A DNA stretch of 64,000 bases from Eledone cirrhosa (GCA_964016885.1 OZ024740.1:324756001-324820000), one strand, 5' to 3'. Positions 42,705 to 56,320 are shown, numbered from the stretch's first letter. Notes: generated from the sequence alone by a model not told the origin. Made by a program: numbers and translations.

Positions 42705-43447
42705 ATATATATATAAAACAGAGGATGTCTGTCTTTCTGTGTTTACAGATGCGTTACTTATATTTCTTGAAGTGCAATGGGCTAAAAGAAATTTAACTTT
42801 TTCTGCCCTAGGGCATTAGGCAAAAAACCACATTTTAAATTTCGGGGGATTGAGGAAATGAGGAGGACCTTAAAACTTTTCTCGGCACCTTGTTGACACT
42901 TCGTGCTTTCATCACACGCAAACCCGGGCGCTGTGTACGTAGCCGTGTTATTGACACCGTAAAACTCATGCAGGTACGCTGACAGCAGTTGTGCTAATTC
43001 CGTGGTGACTCCTTTTGTCGCACCTTTGTTGCTGTGTAAACGCAGTGCAACCAGGCCCGCATGTGTTTGTGCTAATTGCAATAAGACACCTTTCTGCTGC
43101 ACTTGCGTTGCCACGCTGATTTCGTCATTTCGTTTTCACACAATTGACTACGTCACTCCTTCAGACTGTCGTGTGTTCCCCATCCGTGATGTAATTCGTG
43201 AACAAACTTACGACATACATCGCCCCACAACACTTACTCCTTTCGCATACAGGATTTCCGCAATCAGCCCACTGACACTGCTACTACTGGATTCGGCCTG
43301 CTGGTGTTCTACGTTTCCAGTAGGTGAACAATCATTCCCTGAGAACAAGGGAATTCAAAAAGTACATAGCTACATTCCTCAATCTTTGCATATGCATGTT
43401 GTTATTTCACGTTTCCTACCCTGTGCAACGCCGGGTCCTGCTGCTAG
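42705..43447 (+). mobile_element. Non-autonomous Helitron
   Basis: 5' ATATATAAAACAGAGGATGTCTGTC resembles the other Helitron heads; 3' CCCTGTGCAACGCCGGG..CTGCTAG ends at 43447. Confidence 0.8.
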
Positions 43448-44003
43448 TATATATATATATGAAAAGGGAAGTAAGGTTCTATACAGTGGTTATAGAGAAA
43501 AGGTGAAATTGAAAATAGCACGGAAAATATATTTAAGGGTCTGTTTTTCTTTCTTTTTTTCCCCCTTTCTTTGATTCGTCAAAGTGACATTATTGAAAAA
43601 GCGAGAGGGACAATTCTTTAAAAAAAAGAGTTTTAAAATGTATACAAAGTATATAAAGTATGACCGATTTCGATGTATTAGTAAAATTCATCTCATCAAA
43701 TGTTGAGTATTACAATTAAATAGAATTAATAAGAATTAAAAACTAAAAATCAAAGATTTAAAATTAAGTGTTGAGGTAAGTTTTGTTGAGAAGGAGACTT
43801 CAACATGTTGATTTTCTCTAATACACTGTCTCGCAATCCCAAACAATTCACGTCTCTGATCTTCGCGGTGCAGAACATGGGCAAATTTCTTCTTTTCTTC
43901 TTCTGACCTTACCACTTATACCTGGCGTCTGGCCTCTCTTCTAGCTAGTTTGATATTTCTCCATGTCTCCCCGGTTCTTCCAGTCTCTCCATGCATGTAT
44001 CTA

Positions 44004-44096
<93 letters not shown>

Positions 44097-44142
44097 AGAG
44101 TGATAGACAGAAAGAAAAGAAAGTCCAAGTGAGCGTCTTAAA

Positions 44143-44148
44143 TTTATT
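44143..44148 (-). promoter_or_regulatory. Candidate polyadenylation signal of CAP gene 1
   Basis: AATAAA on minus strand 20 nt downstream of the stop codon. Confidence 0.45.
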
Positions 44149-44168
44149 TAAAATTTGAAAGGAGATAG

Positions 44169-45527
44169 TTACAGTTGAAGATAGTATTGATATATAATTA
44201 AACCAAAGGTTTGTACAACGAAAGGATACCAGTGGCTTTTAAGTATCAAACATCCACCGCTAATGTTCGGCTTACCTTCAGTTTTATCGCCTACGTCGCC
44301 GTTCACAGTTTTATTGGATGGCGTATTGTCAACGAAAGTTTTATTGTTATCGGAAGTCTTATTGTCAATCGATGTCTTATTGTAATCGGAAGGCTTATCG
44401 TCATCGGAAGGCTTATCGTCATCGGAAGGCTTATCGTCATCGGAAGGCTTATCGTCATCGGAAGGCTTATCGTCATCGGAAGGCTTATTGTCATCGGAAG
44501 GCTTATCGTCATCGGAAGGCTTATCGTCATCGGAAGGCTTATTGTCATCGGAAGGCGTATTGTCATCGGAAGGCGTATTGTCTTCGAAAGGCGTATTGTC
44601 TTCGAAAGGCTTATAGTCATCGGAAGGCTTTTTGTAATCGGAAGGCTTTTTGTAATCGGAAGGCATATTGTCAGCAAGGAGCTTATAACATTCATTGCAC
44701 GCCCAAGTACATACGAATTTCACAGTTTCATATCCACAACTTTCCTCATTTGTTGACTGGCACATAATTGAGTTGTCAGGTAGCGAACAATTTATCGAAC
44801 AAGTCGGACCATATAGATGAGGTAATTTGAAACAGATACAATCACAATTGTTTGGATGAAAATAACCTAAAGTTTTACAAACTTTACCTCCACAATCCTT
44901 CAAAGGTTGTGGTTGATCACAAATTATGTATGGCTTTAGACCTCCAACGTTGCCTGAAGGACCATAGTTACAAACCATGAACATGCCAGAATTCTTACAA
45001 CGTGAGGCACCACAGCCCAGTAATGTTGATTTAGACCACACCATTTGCGTGTAATTTGCTGCTGATGATATTTCGTCATAAGGAAACGGATCAAATGTGT
45101 ATCCATGGCTTTCATCTTTCCATGCTTTTAACGCAAGTTCCCAGTTAGAGTATCCTGAGGCAATATTTTGACCAACATTAAATTTCAGAGGTACACTTCT
45201 ACTTGATTGTTTATCCTTTCTAATATTACAATTATCAGACCATTTCTGTGCTATATACGCCAGTTCATCATTCCAGTATATTTTCATCATATCACAGGCA
45301 GCTGGGTTAACACTCTTCCGTAGATTATTGTGTAAAGTGACTATGAGTTGTTTTTCTTCATCAGTCACAGGAATTGACTCTTCCAACAGAGACGACTTTT
45401 CTAAACACGCTGTATGATCTTTCTGATGCTGAAATTTTAGTGGGCAATTAAGTGGTGTACTAGATACATACACCACCAACAGCATAATTAAGTATTTTAT
45501 AAATGTAGATAACATTTGTATTTTCAT
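44169..45527 (-). CDS. Intronless CAP/CRISP-family protein: signal peptide, CAP domain, EGF-like and ShK-like Cys modules, acidic hexapeptide stalk, hydrophobic C-terminus
   Basis: ATG at 45527 (or 45515); LHNNLR, MMKIYWNDELAYIAQKWSDNC, GQNIA, YTQMVWSKSTLLGCG, MVCNYGPSGN; uninterrupted ~452-aa frame. Confidence 0.93.
   Translation of the reverse strand: MKIQMLSTFIKYLIMLLVVYVSSTPLNCPLKFQHQKDHTACLEKSSLLEESIPVTDEEKQLIVTLHNNLRKSVNPAACDMMKIYWNDELAYIAQKWSDNCNIRKDKQSSRSVPLKFNVGQNIASGYSNWELALKAWKDESHGYTFDPFPYDEISSAANYTQMVWSKSTLLGCGASRCKNSGMFMVCNYGPSGNVGGLKPYIICDQPQPLKDCGGKVCKTLGYFHPNNCDCICFKLPHLYGPTCSINCSLPDNSIMCQSTNEESCGYETVKFVCTWACNECYKLLADNMPSDYKKPSDYKKPSDDYKPFEDNTPFEDNTPSDDNTPSDDNKPSDDDKPSDDDKPSDDNKPSDDDKPSDDDKPSDDDKPSDDDKPSDDDKPSDYNKTSIDNKTSDNNKTFVDNTPSNKTVNGDVGDKTEGKPNISGGCLILKSHWYPFVVQTFGLIIYQYYLQL
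44322..44663 (-). repeat. Coding 18-bp tandem repeat, about 19 x PSDDDK-like
   Basis: Plus-strand unit GAAGGCTTATCGTCATCG; frame-preserving. Confidence 0.93.
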
Positions 45528-46558
45528 GGTTATCAAATGAAGCAAAATTCCAGTTTTGGTTTCATTCACGAAATATCTGACTATTTATTACACAATTGAA
45601 TTAATGGGATTAACAGTTTTAAGTTTCCATAATTCACGATAAATTTCTTCCTCAACAAGCAATATTATCGACGGCTAGTGGATTTTTTACACAAAATAGT
45701 TGTCATATAAGTTCTTATCCTTCCATGTGTGATATTTATCCTTTTCAAATAATCCGTTTCAATAATTGGTGTCATTCCAATAGAACCAATTTTTGTTGTT
45801 TCTATAAAATACACCTAAAGCAGCAATTTGAAATTTTTTTCAAACTATCAACGCATAGTTTAGGCTTAGTCAACAACGTGCAGAGACACGTGATGAACAT
45901 CAATGTATACATACAAGAAGGAAGATTTTAACTTCCGTCTGTTTCTAGTAAACATTTCCATTCAAATTGATAGTTTCAATATAAAAAAAATAGCAGTGCC
46001 TGGCTAAAAGCTGTACCCTCACCGTCAACTGGCACACAGCTGGACATCGACAATCTAAGCATCGGTATTTTTCTGAGGCTCGGCCGTTCTCTTGAATGAA
46101 TCCCTCCAGCTCTAGCTGCGATGGAAATCCAGTACCGTCCAAGCCATGCTTAATGGTCTCTTTAAGAGTGGCAAGGCGTGTGTAGCGACTGGCACTGTGA
46201 CGATATGATAGTGGGTTCAAAACGAAAGCAGCTATTGTGGCTCCACAATGGCATTTGTGTGACTCGCAGATCCGGGGACCAGGCCTCAGAGAAACATCGG
46301 TGCACCGACAGCCACTGTCCAGCTGAGTAACGGTTCATAACAAAGGTGTGGTGTTTAGCCAGTCCTCGCTATGAGGTTGGTAGGCTGAGTGTAAACATGC
46401 CCCACAGTATTCAGGAAGCAATCGCACAAGACTGTCCGAAACCTCAGTCTGGAATGTATCCCATTTACGTTGGTGAAAGTGGACGTCCACAAAGAGTAGG
46501 GGAGATCGTACACCAGCAGAGTGGTGTCCGAGCTGATCCCAGGTTAAGTAGTAGTAGT

Positions 46559-46605
<47 letters not shown>

Positions 46606-46905
46606 GTGTAATTGCAAACTACTCAGGATAGATGTATAAATGACACACAGGATTAACTATGTAAGTAACTTAGGAAAAATGAGAATTTACAGGGACAAAT
46701 GTATGGTTCGAACCCAGGACCTTGTGATTGGAAAGCGAACTTCTTATTGTAGCAACATACGAGATAGGAAATCATTGTTTGTTTCGGTGTATACATTTTA
46801 AAGAATTAAAACACACACACACACATATATACATATACCTATGTATCTGTGAGTGTATATTATTACTATATATATACGTGTGTGTGTGGGGGGGGGGGGT
46901 ATATG

Positions 46906-46981
<76 letters not shown>

Positions 46982-47134
46982 AAGGTTAAACAATGTTCAA
47001 TGAATAAATCAAAGAATAAAGTTTTACAATAGATTAGAAGCACTCCACAATAATGGTTTTCAGGAGTTATTAATATTCACTGCCGTGACTGAATTTTAAC
47101 CATCTACTTAGTCAGGGTATGTCATGCATCATGT

Positions 47135-47201
47135 TATTTTATCTGATGAGGACGTACTCTTGAAGATAGCTCAGTACCTCTGAAATATGTATAATAAAAT
47201 A
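47135..47201 (+). ncRNA. Type I hammerhead motif, family A variant
   Basis: TATTTTAT-CTGATGA(47143-49)-GGACGTACT..AGTACCTCT-GAAA(47182-85)-TATGTA-TA-ATAAAATA. Confidence 0.82.
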
Positions 47202-47242
47202 TACTTGATCACATGAATGTCTATTTTTGTTAATATTTTGAA

Positions 47243-47309
<67 letters not shown>

Positions 47310-47769
47310 GTATGTATATATATATATGTGTGTGTGTGTGGTTGATAGCTGAGAGAATAGAGTACTCAATTCCGAAGTAGAGTTTTAATATTCATTTTAT
47401 TAAGGCTGAATAGTGGGTCCAGTTAATCTGCAGTTTCGTCTGTTTGTCACTGAGTCATTGGACAAGAACTCTTGTCTGTAATAAACATGCAAAACTCCAG
47501 AGTAAAAGGGGACTGTGCTCGATTGAGCGTTGGTTTGTGGAGGAGATATAAGAAATGGGGTGGTGAGGGCGTTAGGGGAGGTAGTGAGGGTGAACAAGGG
47601 GTAGAAAGAGTAGCTACTAATGTGCAAGGGTGGGGATATCTAAGGTCTTTAGAGGGGAGTAGTAGTTAAGGAGTGCTTCTGAAGGGGATATAGGTGGAGG
47701 ATTCAATAATAGTGAGAATAGATAGGTGGGAGTGCTAGTGGGAGGGGATCGAGGATGGGTCAGGTTCTA

Positions 47770-47900
47770 TCGTATGCTTCTGGCTGGATCTTCAGCATCA
47801 CTGCATAGTACCAGCCCTCTTGATCCTTTGTCATCTAAGTTGTGAGTCTTAGTTTCTTAAGGTCGCTCTTCACTACCTTATTCCATGTCTTCCTGGCTCC
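47770..47900 (-). mobile_element. RTE LINE extreme 3' fragment
   Basis: Minus-strand translation RKTWNKVVKSDLKKLRL..MTKDQEGW. Confidence 0.55.
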
Positions 47901-47935
47901 AGTCACATATATCTATCTATCTACTGTCTATCTAT

Positions 47936-50900
47936 GGGATGGACACACGTGTAAAACTTGCTCGATAAGTTTTGTTTAAATTTCTTTAGAAATTCGCCAT
48001 TGTGAACTTTGATTTTTACACCAATTTGCAGAGGGACTGACAGGTCAAATTTTGATCTGGTCAGTCTCGCAAAATATCGTGCCCTCCAGGGCAAAAACAT
48101 CTAACACATTATGAAAAAAAAAAGAAAAAACTGTTGCAAATCTACTTCAATTTTTAAAAAAATGGCCGAAGCAAAGGCACTCTCTTCCTTGTCAACACAA
48201 GAAAATGAGAAGGGGAAGCCATGCCTACTTGATCAACAGCCTTCCCCTCTGTTAGAAGCATACATGAACAAAGGTATGCCAGCACTCCTGCCGCAACATT
48301 TAAAAGAAGAACGCGCTTCAGTTGCTTACAAGCAACTGAACACCCCTGACGTCACAACAAACGATGTACATACCCACACACAGAAGGAAGAATGTGTAAC
48401 AAAAATCATCACAACCAACGCCACCACCAGCAACAACAACAACAACACAATGAACGAGAACAACAACAATACAACAAAAGGAATCAGCGACAACACAACG
48501 AAGGAAACCATCATCACCACCACCACCAACAACAACAATAACAACATTTCTTTTGCAGCAACCGTTGCTAAGCAACATGAATTTAAATATTATCCATGGA
48601 TATTTCAGAAAAGTCCCAATATTTGGAAGAAGCTTCCAACTATATTATGTTTGAGGGAGAGACCCCAGGCATACATATACCCCCACAAATACGAGATATG
48701 ACACACACACAAAAAAACTGATCTACAGAACAGTTGACATAAATACCAAAACACCATTAACACTTCCAACAAGAACAATCGAAGCCACGTTGAAAAACAT
48801 CATACCAGACGTGACATACCTTCAAAGAGCCAAACAATATGGAAGTGTATCCGTGCTCTTTAAGAACGAAATCTTGACTCAAAAGCACTCGGTTCATCCA
48901 ATAAAAACGGGTCAACACATCTTCTTCCCTACATACATGCGAAGAAGAACCTACAAAATAAAAATAACTAGAATCCCAGCAGAGATCAACATATGGTGGA
49001 TCCTACGCTGCATCCTGAAGAAGGGTGAGGACACCCTCCTATCTGTAAACAGGACAGACCGAAATAACTGGTTTGGAACCTGCATCGAGGTTCTGGTACA
49101 AATGAGGCCAGAGAGAGGGGAAAAATCCCGGACAGAATCATCCTCGAAGATGTCTTCTCCATTTTAGTGGAGGGGAAAAGACCTCAGGGCCATAAGTGTG
49201 TGAAAAGCACACACTTAAAGGCCTTTTTCCCCCTCCTAAGCAAACCAAGAGTAAACAAGGTTCAACTGCCAACACCAAAACCACAACATCAACACCCGAA
49301 ACCAAACACAATAACACAAAAACCTGCAACATCCACTCCCACACCACCACAGACCAGAGACAACAATAAACACAAAGCCCCACTGAAAAACCTTCACTTG
49401 CCTCCTCCCTCTCTGTCAAATACTTCACAAACACCTGCACAAACACTCCACCACACAACATACCCATCCCACCTACCCCTGATTCAGAAGTCTTAGAGAC
49501 AGGAACTTTTACGTCTCCAAGTGAGGACGAAGAGGAACCCCAAAGATCTAAGAAACAAAAAAGCGACCGAAAAAATACAAAACCAAAAACATCCACAGAA
49601 AATATGCACACACCCAACACCGACATAAACATACCGCCACAAAGGACAACCACACCAACAACACAATCACCATCAACACAACCAGACACTTCACCAACAA
49701 AACAAACACCCACACCAACACAATCACAAACCCCAACCACAAAAAAGAAAACTACAAACATAAACAGCATACATAAAAAACAAAACACATTACTCATTCA
49801 TATGAACCGCGAACAAAGAACTGGTGGAAACTGTCCCAAAGGACCCCACCATCCAAACAGAATGGAAAGCTATCCTAAATAATGAACCACCCACAAACCT
49901 GAAACTAATCAGGGTCACAACCCTCCAACATGAAACCATGAGACAGAACTTCCCACATGATATTCCCCCTCTTGCCAAAAACCCCTTAACCGTGTCTTGC
50001 TAAAAGGATTCCCTCCCTCCCTCCTCAAACACCCCCAATATGGACATGGAGATCGAACAACCCGACCCCCAGTAAAGTAAAAGGTAAGTGTTCCTGCCTT
50101 TTTCTCTCTCTAACTCTTCTTCACCAACATGGCGACAATACATGTTGGATATTTGAATGTGCGTGGCCTGGGGATGTCCTGGAAATGGCCAATTTATAAA
50201 TGACTTTAAGTCACGCTGTATAGATGTGATAGCCATCACCGAGTCCAGGATTCACGACTAGCAGCAGTTAATCCCCATGTTCGATGATTTTGAGATCTAC
50301 GCATCTCTCTCTCAGCCAGGAGGTTGAGGGGAGTTGCTGTTTTGTTTCGAAAAAACATGGATCTTAAAGTACAGACAATTTACTTGGAGCCGGAGGGCAG
50401 CTTGGTGGTCCTAGACGTGAATGGTAGTAAAAGTGGAGCTTTCAGACTGGTGGTCGTATATGCCCCGACTGGGATATCGCGACCAGAGTTCATTAAGCGT
50501 CTGGAGTCATTCCTGGAAATGTTGCGCTCTTTACTGTTAGCGTGGGACTGGAATGGCATCTTAGACCCACGTTGGCCCTATGTAGGGACATGTGATAGTA
50601 GAGGGGGGTTTAATAGCCTCAACAATTTTATCAGCCAATTGCAACTGGTTGAAAGATATCGACTAGATATCCAAAGTGCACCACTGTGGACGTAGAGCAA
50701 CCGCACTTGGTCTTCTAGATCGTATTTAGATAGATTTCTAATTTTAAAAAATGATAGGGAAACGTTAAGCTATCCACAAATGCACATGGCTGCCTATCCA
50801 GACCACAAATTAGTCAACTTTGATAGAACAGATAGACAGGGACCCGGACGCTGGAAGCTAAACATGTCGCTCCCGACGCGTAAAGCCTACAGTAAACGGA

Positions 50901-53655
50901 TTAGCACTTTAGTTAAACGCCAGTTGACGGGGGCCATCGTCAACAACAGGTGGTGGTCCTCTCTCAAGAGAGCAATTAGAGTAGAATCAATAGCCTTTAG
51001 CAAGGAGTTAGCTTTAGAAAAGAATAAATCTGAAAACGACTGGTAGCCAAAGTAGAAGAGACACTTAGGAATGCCAGTACAGATGACGTGCTAGCGGCGA
51101 GACCGGCACTAGACTAGTTCTTTAACGTGAAACGTGTAGTCTCAGGAGTAGAACACGTGTTCTGAGAAACGAGGGAGACAAAGCTGTTAGCTGAGCCCGA
51201 GTGGCAGAGGCAAAATTCGCAACAAATCCACAATTCGGTCTTTGGAAGACCTAGACGGACACATGGTACTTGAATCCAAGCAGATGTGCACGGTCTTCTA
51301 ACATCACCTTGCACAACTGTTCGGGTAGAGCGGTGCAACGAGCGGGGAGATGGACTTCAGTTCCTACCTCGACGGCCTACCGCGACTCTCGAAAACGGGT
51401 GCGGAGAGCTGCGAAAGGCCAATCACAGCGGGTGAAATAGAAGCCGCCCGAGGCCGCTGTGGGAAACGCAAATCACCCGGTTGAGATGGTCTACTCTATG
51501 AGCATAGGCATGCCAGACTTGTTCTCTGACGTCCTCGAGGCGGTCTACTGCAAATGGAAGCAGAACGGGAGAATTCCCAGTTCTGTAAACAGAGGCGTAG
51601 TAACGCTGATCAGGAAAGATGAGAACAAAGAGGACAACATATGTAACTTCAGTCCTATAACTCTGCTCAACACAGAGTTAAAGATTTTGGCCAAGGTGTT
51701 AGCAAGGAGGCTGGCGTGTGCAATCCCGACCAGGTCCATACATGACAACCTCCACCTCATGCGATACATCATAGAGAGGGGGGTGTAAACCTGGCTTCGG
51801 TGGGGCTTTGATCAATTTAGATCAATCTAAGGCATTTGATAGGGTCGACCATCAATACAAGGAAGCTGTTCTCAAGGCGGCCGGTTTCGGTCCACTCTTC
51901 AGAGGCTGGATCACTGCCATGCACAGCAACATCTGCTCTGCAGTCAAGGTGAATGGTTACCTATCGGAGCCATTCCAAATCATGCGTTCCATCCATCAAG
52001 GATGCCCCCTCTTCTCCATACTGTATGTGCTGGCTCTCGAGCCACTACTGCATGAGTTGGAGCTATTACAAGATAGAACCGGGACTACGAAAAGTAGCGG
52101 CGACCTATGCCAACGACGTGAACGTAATGGTGTCGAAAAGCTCGGAAATCGGGGTAATCGGCAACTTATTACAGGAATACGAAACGTTGACAGGATCAAG
52201 ACTAAACCCGAACAAGTCTGTCGGTTTGTAACTCGGTACAGGGAGAATTAGTCCCATGCCGTCCGATAGCATCGTTGGAAGCTAGACAGAAGGACCGGTG
52301 AAATTGCTCGGGATCTGGTTTGGTCCAGACCTTCAGGTGGACAAAAACTAGAACGAGTTCACCGTGGAGGTGGCGAACTCTTACATATTGTCCGTCATCT
52401 ACTACTGTTTGACAGTCGTACCTTGTCCCCGCGATCACCTCACCAAGATGGAGCGTTTTCTCTTCAAATTTCTTTGGAAGAAACAGGCTCCGTTGGTTAG
52501 GAGATATATCTGCTGTCAACACCCTTCTAACGGAAGGCTGGGCATGCCGTGGATGATGATGTGCAAACACGCGCTGAGGCTACGCCATCTCCAGGTATTC
52601 CTGGCCGGTGAACCGGTGTGGTTGTCGTTCGCGAGACGAGCTTTTCCATAACTCGTCTCGCTAACAGAGCTGCAGTCTTGAGTCAAGCGAAGACCAAAAA
52701 TGGGCGCCTGGCACCTCTAGTGCCTTCAGGCGCTCACAGCCCTCTACCAAGCGGAAACGGCAATCAGGGGAGACTCCACTTCGACATTCTATAGGGGATT
52801 TGTGGAGGATAAGTGCGACGACGTTTTCGGGGTAACTCTAGGCATCGAGGAGGACGAACTGACCAGTCTGTTCGGGAGGACTTTCCTTCCGGGGCCATTT
52901 GATAACTTCCAGAGACCTCTGGCCTGGCAGTGCTACCGCGGGGCTCTACCAGTTCCAGACAAATTCTACAGGCACGGACGCCCTGGCAAAGATCCTGGCA
53001 AAAGGACCTGTCCAAGAAGCGAGCAGGACATTGAAACCATTCTGCACGCAATTGTGCTCATGGGTGACCGACCTGTGGAATTTTGTCGAACAGCTATTGT
53101 CATGTGTGGGACGCATCCAGTTGTCAGCCGAGTCCATCGTGAGGATCACCCCACCGCCTTCATTTAAGAATGAAGGCAAGGCGGGTTTCCTCTGTCTGTT
53201 AGCTATGGTGAAAGAGGTAATATGGTGGACGAGGTTAAAAGGACTGAGGGAAAACACCTTCTTGTCCGGACAACAACTTATCCCCTCCTTTAAGTATCAC
53301 TTCAGAATGAATATGAGAGTGGAGAGAGAGGTGCTGCACCCCAGTAAATTCGCTGAAAGGTGTGTGAATGTGGCGAGTGAATGGGCCTTCTCTCTATATA
53401 AACTTGTAGGTTGAGGAAGACAAACAGAGAGAAGACGGGAACACTTACAAAACGTGCTCTTGGTGTTGAGGGTTGTTCTATCTAGGGGGTGTGAAACAAC
53501 CACGCAATAACATTCCCCCTATTGGGGATTTGGATTGTTATTTTATTTTATATATAGTTTATTGTTATTTATTAATGTTATATGATTTTTATGTAAAACC
53601 CCCGCCGTCACGTCTTGTAATATTCCATATTTTGTACGCCCTTGTGGGAAATAAA
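47936..53655 (+). mobile_element. Near full-length, inactivated L1/Tx1-clade LINE
   Basis: Fragmented ORF1 (~48111-50000); ORF2 from ATG 50128 with APE (LNVRGL, RGVAVLF, VYAP, DWN, SYLDRF, DHK), RT (FSPITLLNTELKILAKVLA, LDQSKAFDRVDH, QGCP, YANDV) and C-terminal region to ~53410; AATAAA 53650-55. Confidence 0.9.
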
Positions 53656-53679
53656 GATATCTATCTATCTATCTATCTT

Positions 53680-54326
53680 CTATTGTCACATAATGGTACT
53701 GATCCATTGGAGTACACATTATACAAGTACAATCTTCGACATTTAGTATTCCGAAATTGTAGCAAGGGTTACTACCGCAATCCTTTATAGCCTTTTTATT
53801 ACAAATTCTTTATGGTTTCTCACCATGTATATTACCAGCGGCAGCGTAGTTGAAAACATAGAACCCTACCTATATTTGAACAACGTGATGCACCGCAACC
53901 AACTAAAATTGAGGTCTGCCACACTATCTGCGTGTAGATGATATAGTTATAGAAATATTGCCACCATATTTATAATCCTTCACTTGAGCATTCCAGTTAT
54001 TTAAAACAGCTCCCTTTAGGTACTAATCTATTCAAGTCAATATCATGTGTATACACAGTGATCTGACCATTTCTGCGCTATGTACTATACATATTCACGC
54101 AGGTGGTTGAACCTTATAGCCTATCTTATTATGCTGACCGACATTAAAATCAAGTAGTTATTTGTTTACAGTCATTCCTTCACTAGAGGTGATTTTAAAA
54201 AAAAACATGCTGTGTGATTCTTGTTATACCAATATATTGCCGCGTAGTCTGTCAGCAAAATACATACATACTTCCTCAAAGTAAAATAAAATGAATGAAC
54301 TGCAGCGAGGGCAATGTAATTTCCAT
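53680..54326 (-). pseudogene. CAP/CRISP paralogue pseudogene (not in the ORF track)
   Basis: Hand translation across frames: NKNHTAC, QHNKIGYKVQPPA, YIAQKWSDHCVY, YTQIVWQTSILVGCGASRCSNIG, NYAAAGN, DCGSNPCYNFGILNVEDCTC; several stops and frameshifts. Confidence 0.88.
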
Positions 54327-54682
54327 TGTAAACCTTTTTTGGTGAATTTGTTACTAAGAAAATATAATCTAATTCAATTTATTAATTTAGAGTTTTGATG
54401 TAGTTACTAAGGTTAATTATTTCGTTACAGAGTTTGTAACTTACAATTTGATTCTTATAAAACTATGTTGGAATATATTGATTTAAATAGGAACCCGTTA
54501 ACGCAGGTGGTTTTGTTTCATCGAACAAGATCCGGCTTTCACCATGTTGGTATCAAAATGGTTACTGGAAATTTTTGAGGGGTTGAATAAAATAATTAGT
54601 TATTTCATTACTAAGTAACGTAATATATGGTTCTTATATAAATATATATTGGAAAATTTTAATTTAAATAATATCCTTTTAA

Positions 54683-54805
54683 GTAAATATAGTCTCGCAG
54701 AGTTCTTTCGTCACACATTACAGCAATACAACGGGAGGAAACAAAATAGTATCACTTATGATGTAACAGGTGTGTGACGAAAGAACTCTGAAAGACTATA
54801 TTTAC
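54683..54805. repeat. Small foldback with ~35-bp arms
   Basis: GTAAATATAGTCTCGCAGAGTTCTTTCGTCACACA and TGTGTGACGAAAGAACTCTGAAAGACTATATTTAC. Confidence 0.75.
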
Positions 54806-55021
54806 ATATATCTATATTTTGAACTGTTGGTCAATCAATGATAAACATTGATTGCCAGCTAAATTAATTATAGAAATATAAGATATACTGAAGCGAAAAC
54901 CAACCCAAACCAAACAGTGAGTGTTTTTATATATTTCTGGCAATATCATAACATGACCCTCCTCAAGTATAACAATATTTTTTTCAACACACGATTTTAT
55001 ATCAAAAACCTTGCAAAACAA

Positions 55022-55083
<62 letters not shown>

Positions 55084-55889
55084 ATTGTTAGTGAATAGAA
55101 TAGTTTGTCAGATCATGTAGTAAACTCCACACCAGTAAATAATTTTAAAACATAAATATAACGAAAAGAGATGAATGAATGGAGTGAAATACATTTGATG
55201 AAGTGCAGAAACAATCAGAAAGAATGAACACCCATCCGTTTCGACGATAAGCGTTCTAATTGTTCGATCAACAGAACAGTCTGCTCATGAAATTGTGTGT
55301 AAATGGTTGAGTATTCCACAGACACGTGTACACCAAGATTCAACACGAGACAATGTGTGACAAGGCCGGACCGTTGAATTACACGTACACTTTCTCCGAC
55401 GCGCTTACAAATCGTTTCTATCTACAAACTTCCACACAAAAGACATGGTTTGATGATAAATAACACTTTCACATGATTCCATGCAGTGAGATCGAACCCG
55501 AGTCCTAATGATTGTGAAGCGAACCTACTAACCATTCGGCTATGCTGTGTCCACAATATGACATAAAATAAATGAATAGAATGAAACATATTTGATGATG
55601 ATGAGAAAAGAGCAGGAAGTACTAAACAAAGTGTTTAGTGAATCACGTAAGGCTTCAACAAAATCAAATGGTATCAACTGGCATCTAGTAAAATAGACCG
55701 AAAGTTAGATATTTTAGAGGGGTTAATCGATTTGATATATATTAGTAGTTGTATGGTATCTTATTTTATCGATCCTGGAAACATGACAAAGGTTGATGCT
55801 TATTCAAAATAACAGCCCCACCCCCACCATGATGATAAATATAAATTTAGCATTCTTGGATTTCTTAAAACTTCGGTAGTAAAATCAGT

Positions 55890-56320
55890 TTCCTTAACCC
55901 TAATCCCCAAACCTTACTCTAATACTAAACCTAAACCCCAAAACTGACCCCTAACCCTGACCCCTACTTCTATTGCTGAACCCTATTCCTGAAACCTACC
56001 CCAAACCTAGAGTAAGGACATTTAACTCTAAATCCTAACCCTAAACACTAAACCATCATCCTATCAAAGAACTCTAACCCTAAACTTTAACTATAACCCT
56101 AAACATTGACCCCTAACCCTTAAATAAACATTTACTCTAAACTCTAATCTCCAAACCCTTGTCATACTACTCAATCCTAACCCTAAGCCTAAACTCTACT
56201 TCTATCCTTGAACCCTAAATCTAACCCTAAATCCTAACCTTAAAACCGAAGCCTAAACAGTAACCATAAACACTAAACTGGAGCCCCATCTTTGAATTAT
56301 AACCTTAAATCTAAAATTTA
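55890..56320. repeat. Degenerate telomere-like (TAACCC)n tract
   Basis: Many CTAACCCTAA / CTAAACC variants; short opposite-sense tract at ~57896-57925. Confidence 0.75.

Noticed and set aside
44380-44660. FLAG-tag or vector contamination (DYK and DDDK motifs)
   Set aside because: No DYKDDDDK; units grade naturally into flanking coding sequence
44211-44767. Overlapping ORFs (IVIGRL)n, (RHRKAY)n, (PMTISL)n
   Set aside because: Alternative frames of the 18-bp repeat inside CAP gene 1
47415-47470. Minus-strand GAAA-CTGCAG hammerhead-like half (similar halves near 3820 and 55240)
   Set aside because: No intact CUGANGA core or stem I; at best decayed remnants
54770-54805. Hammerhead candidate GTGACGA..GAAAGACTA
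   Set aside because: Position 3 is G, and stems I and III cannot be formed convincingly
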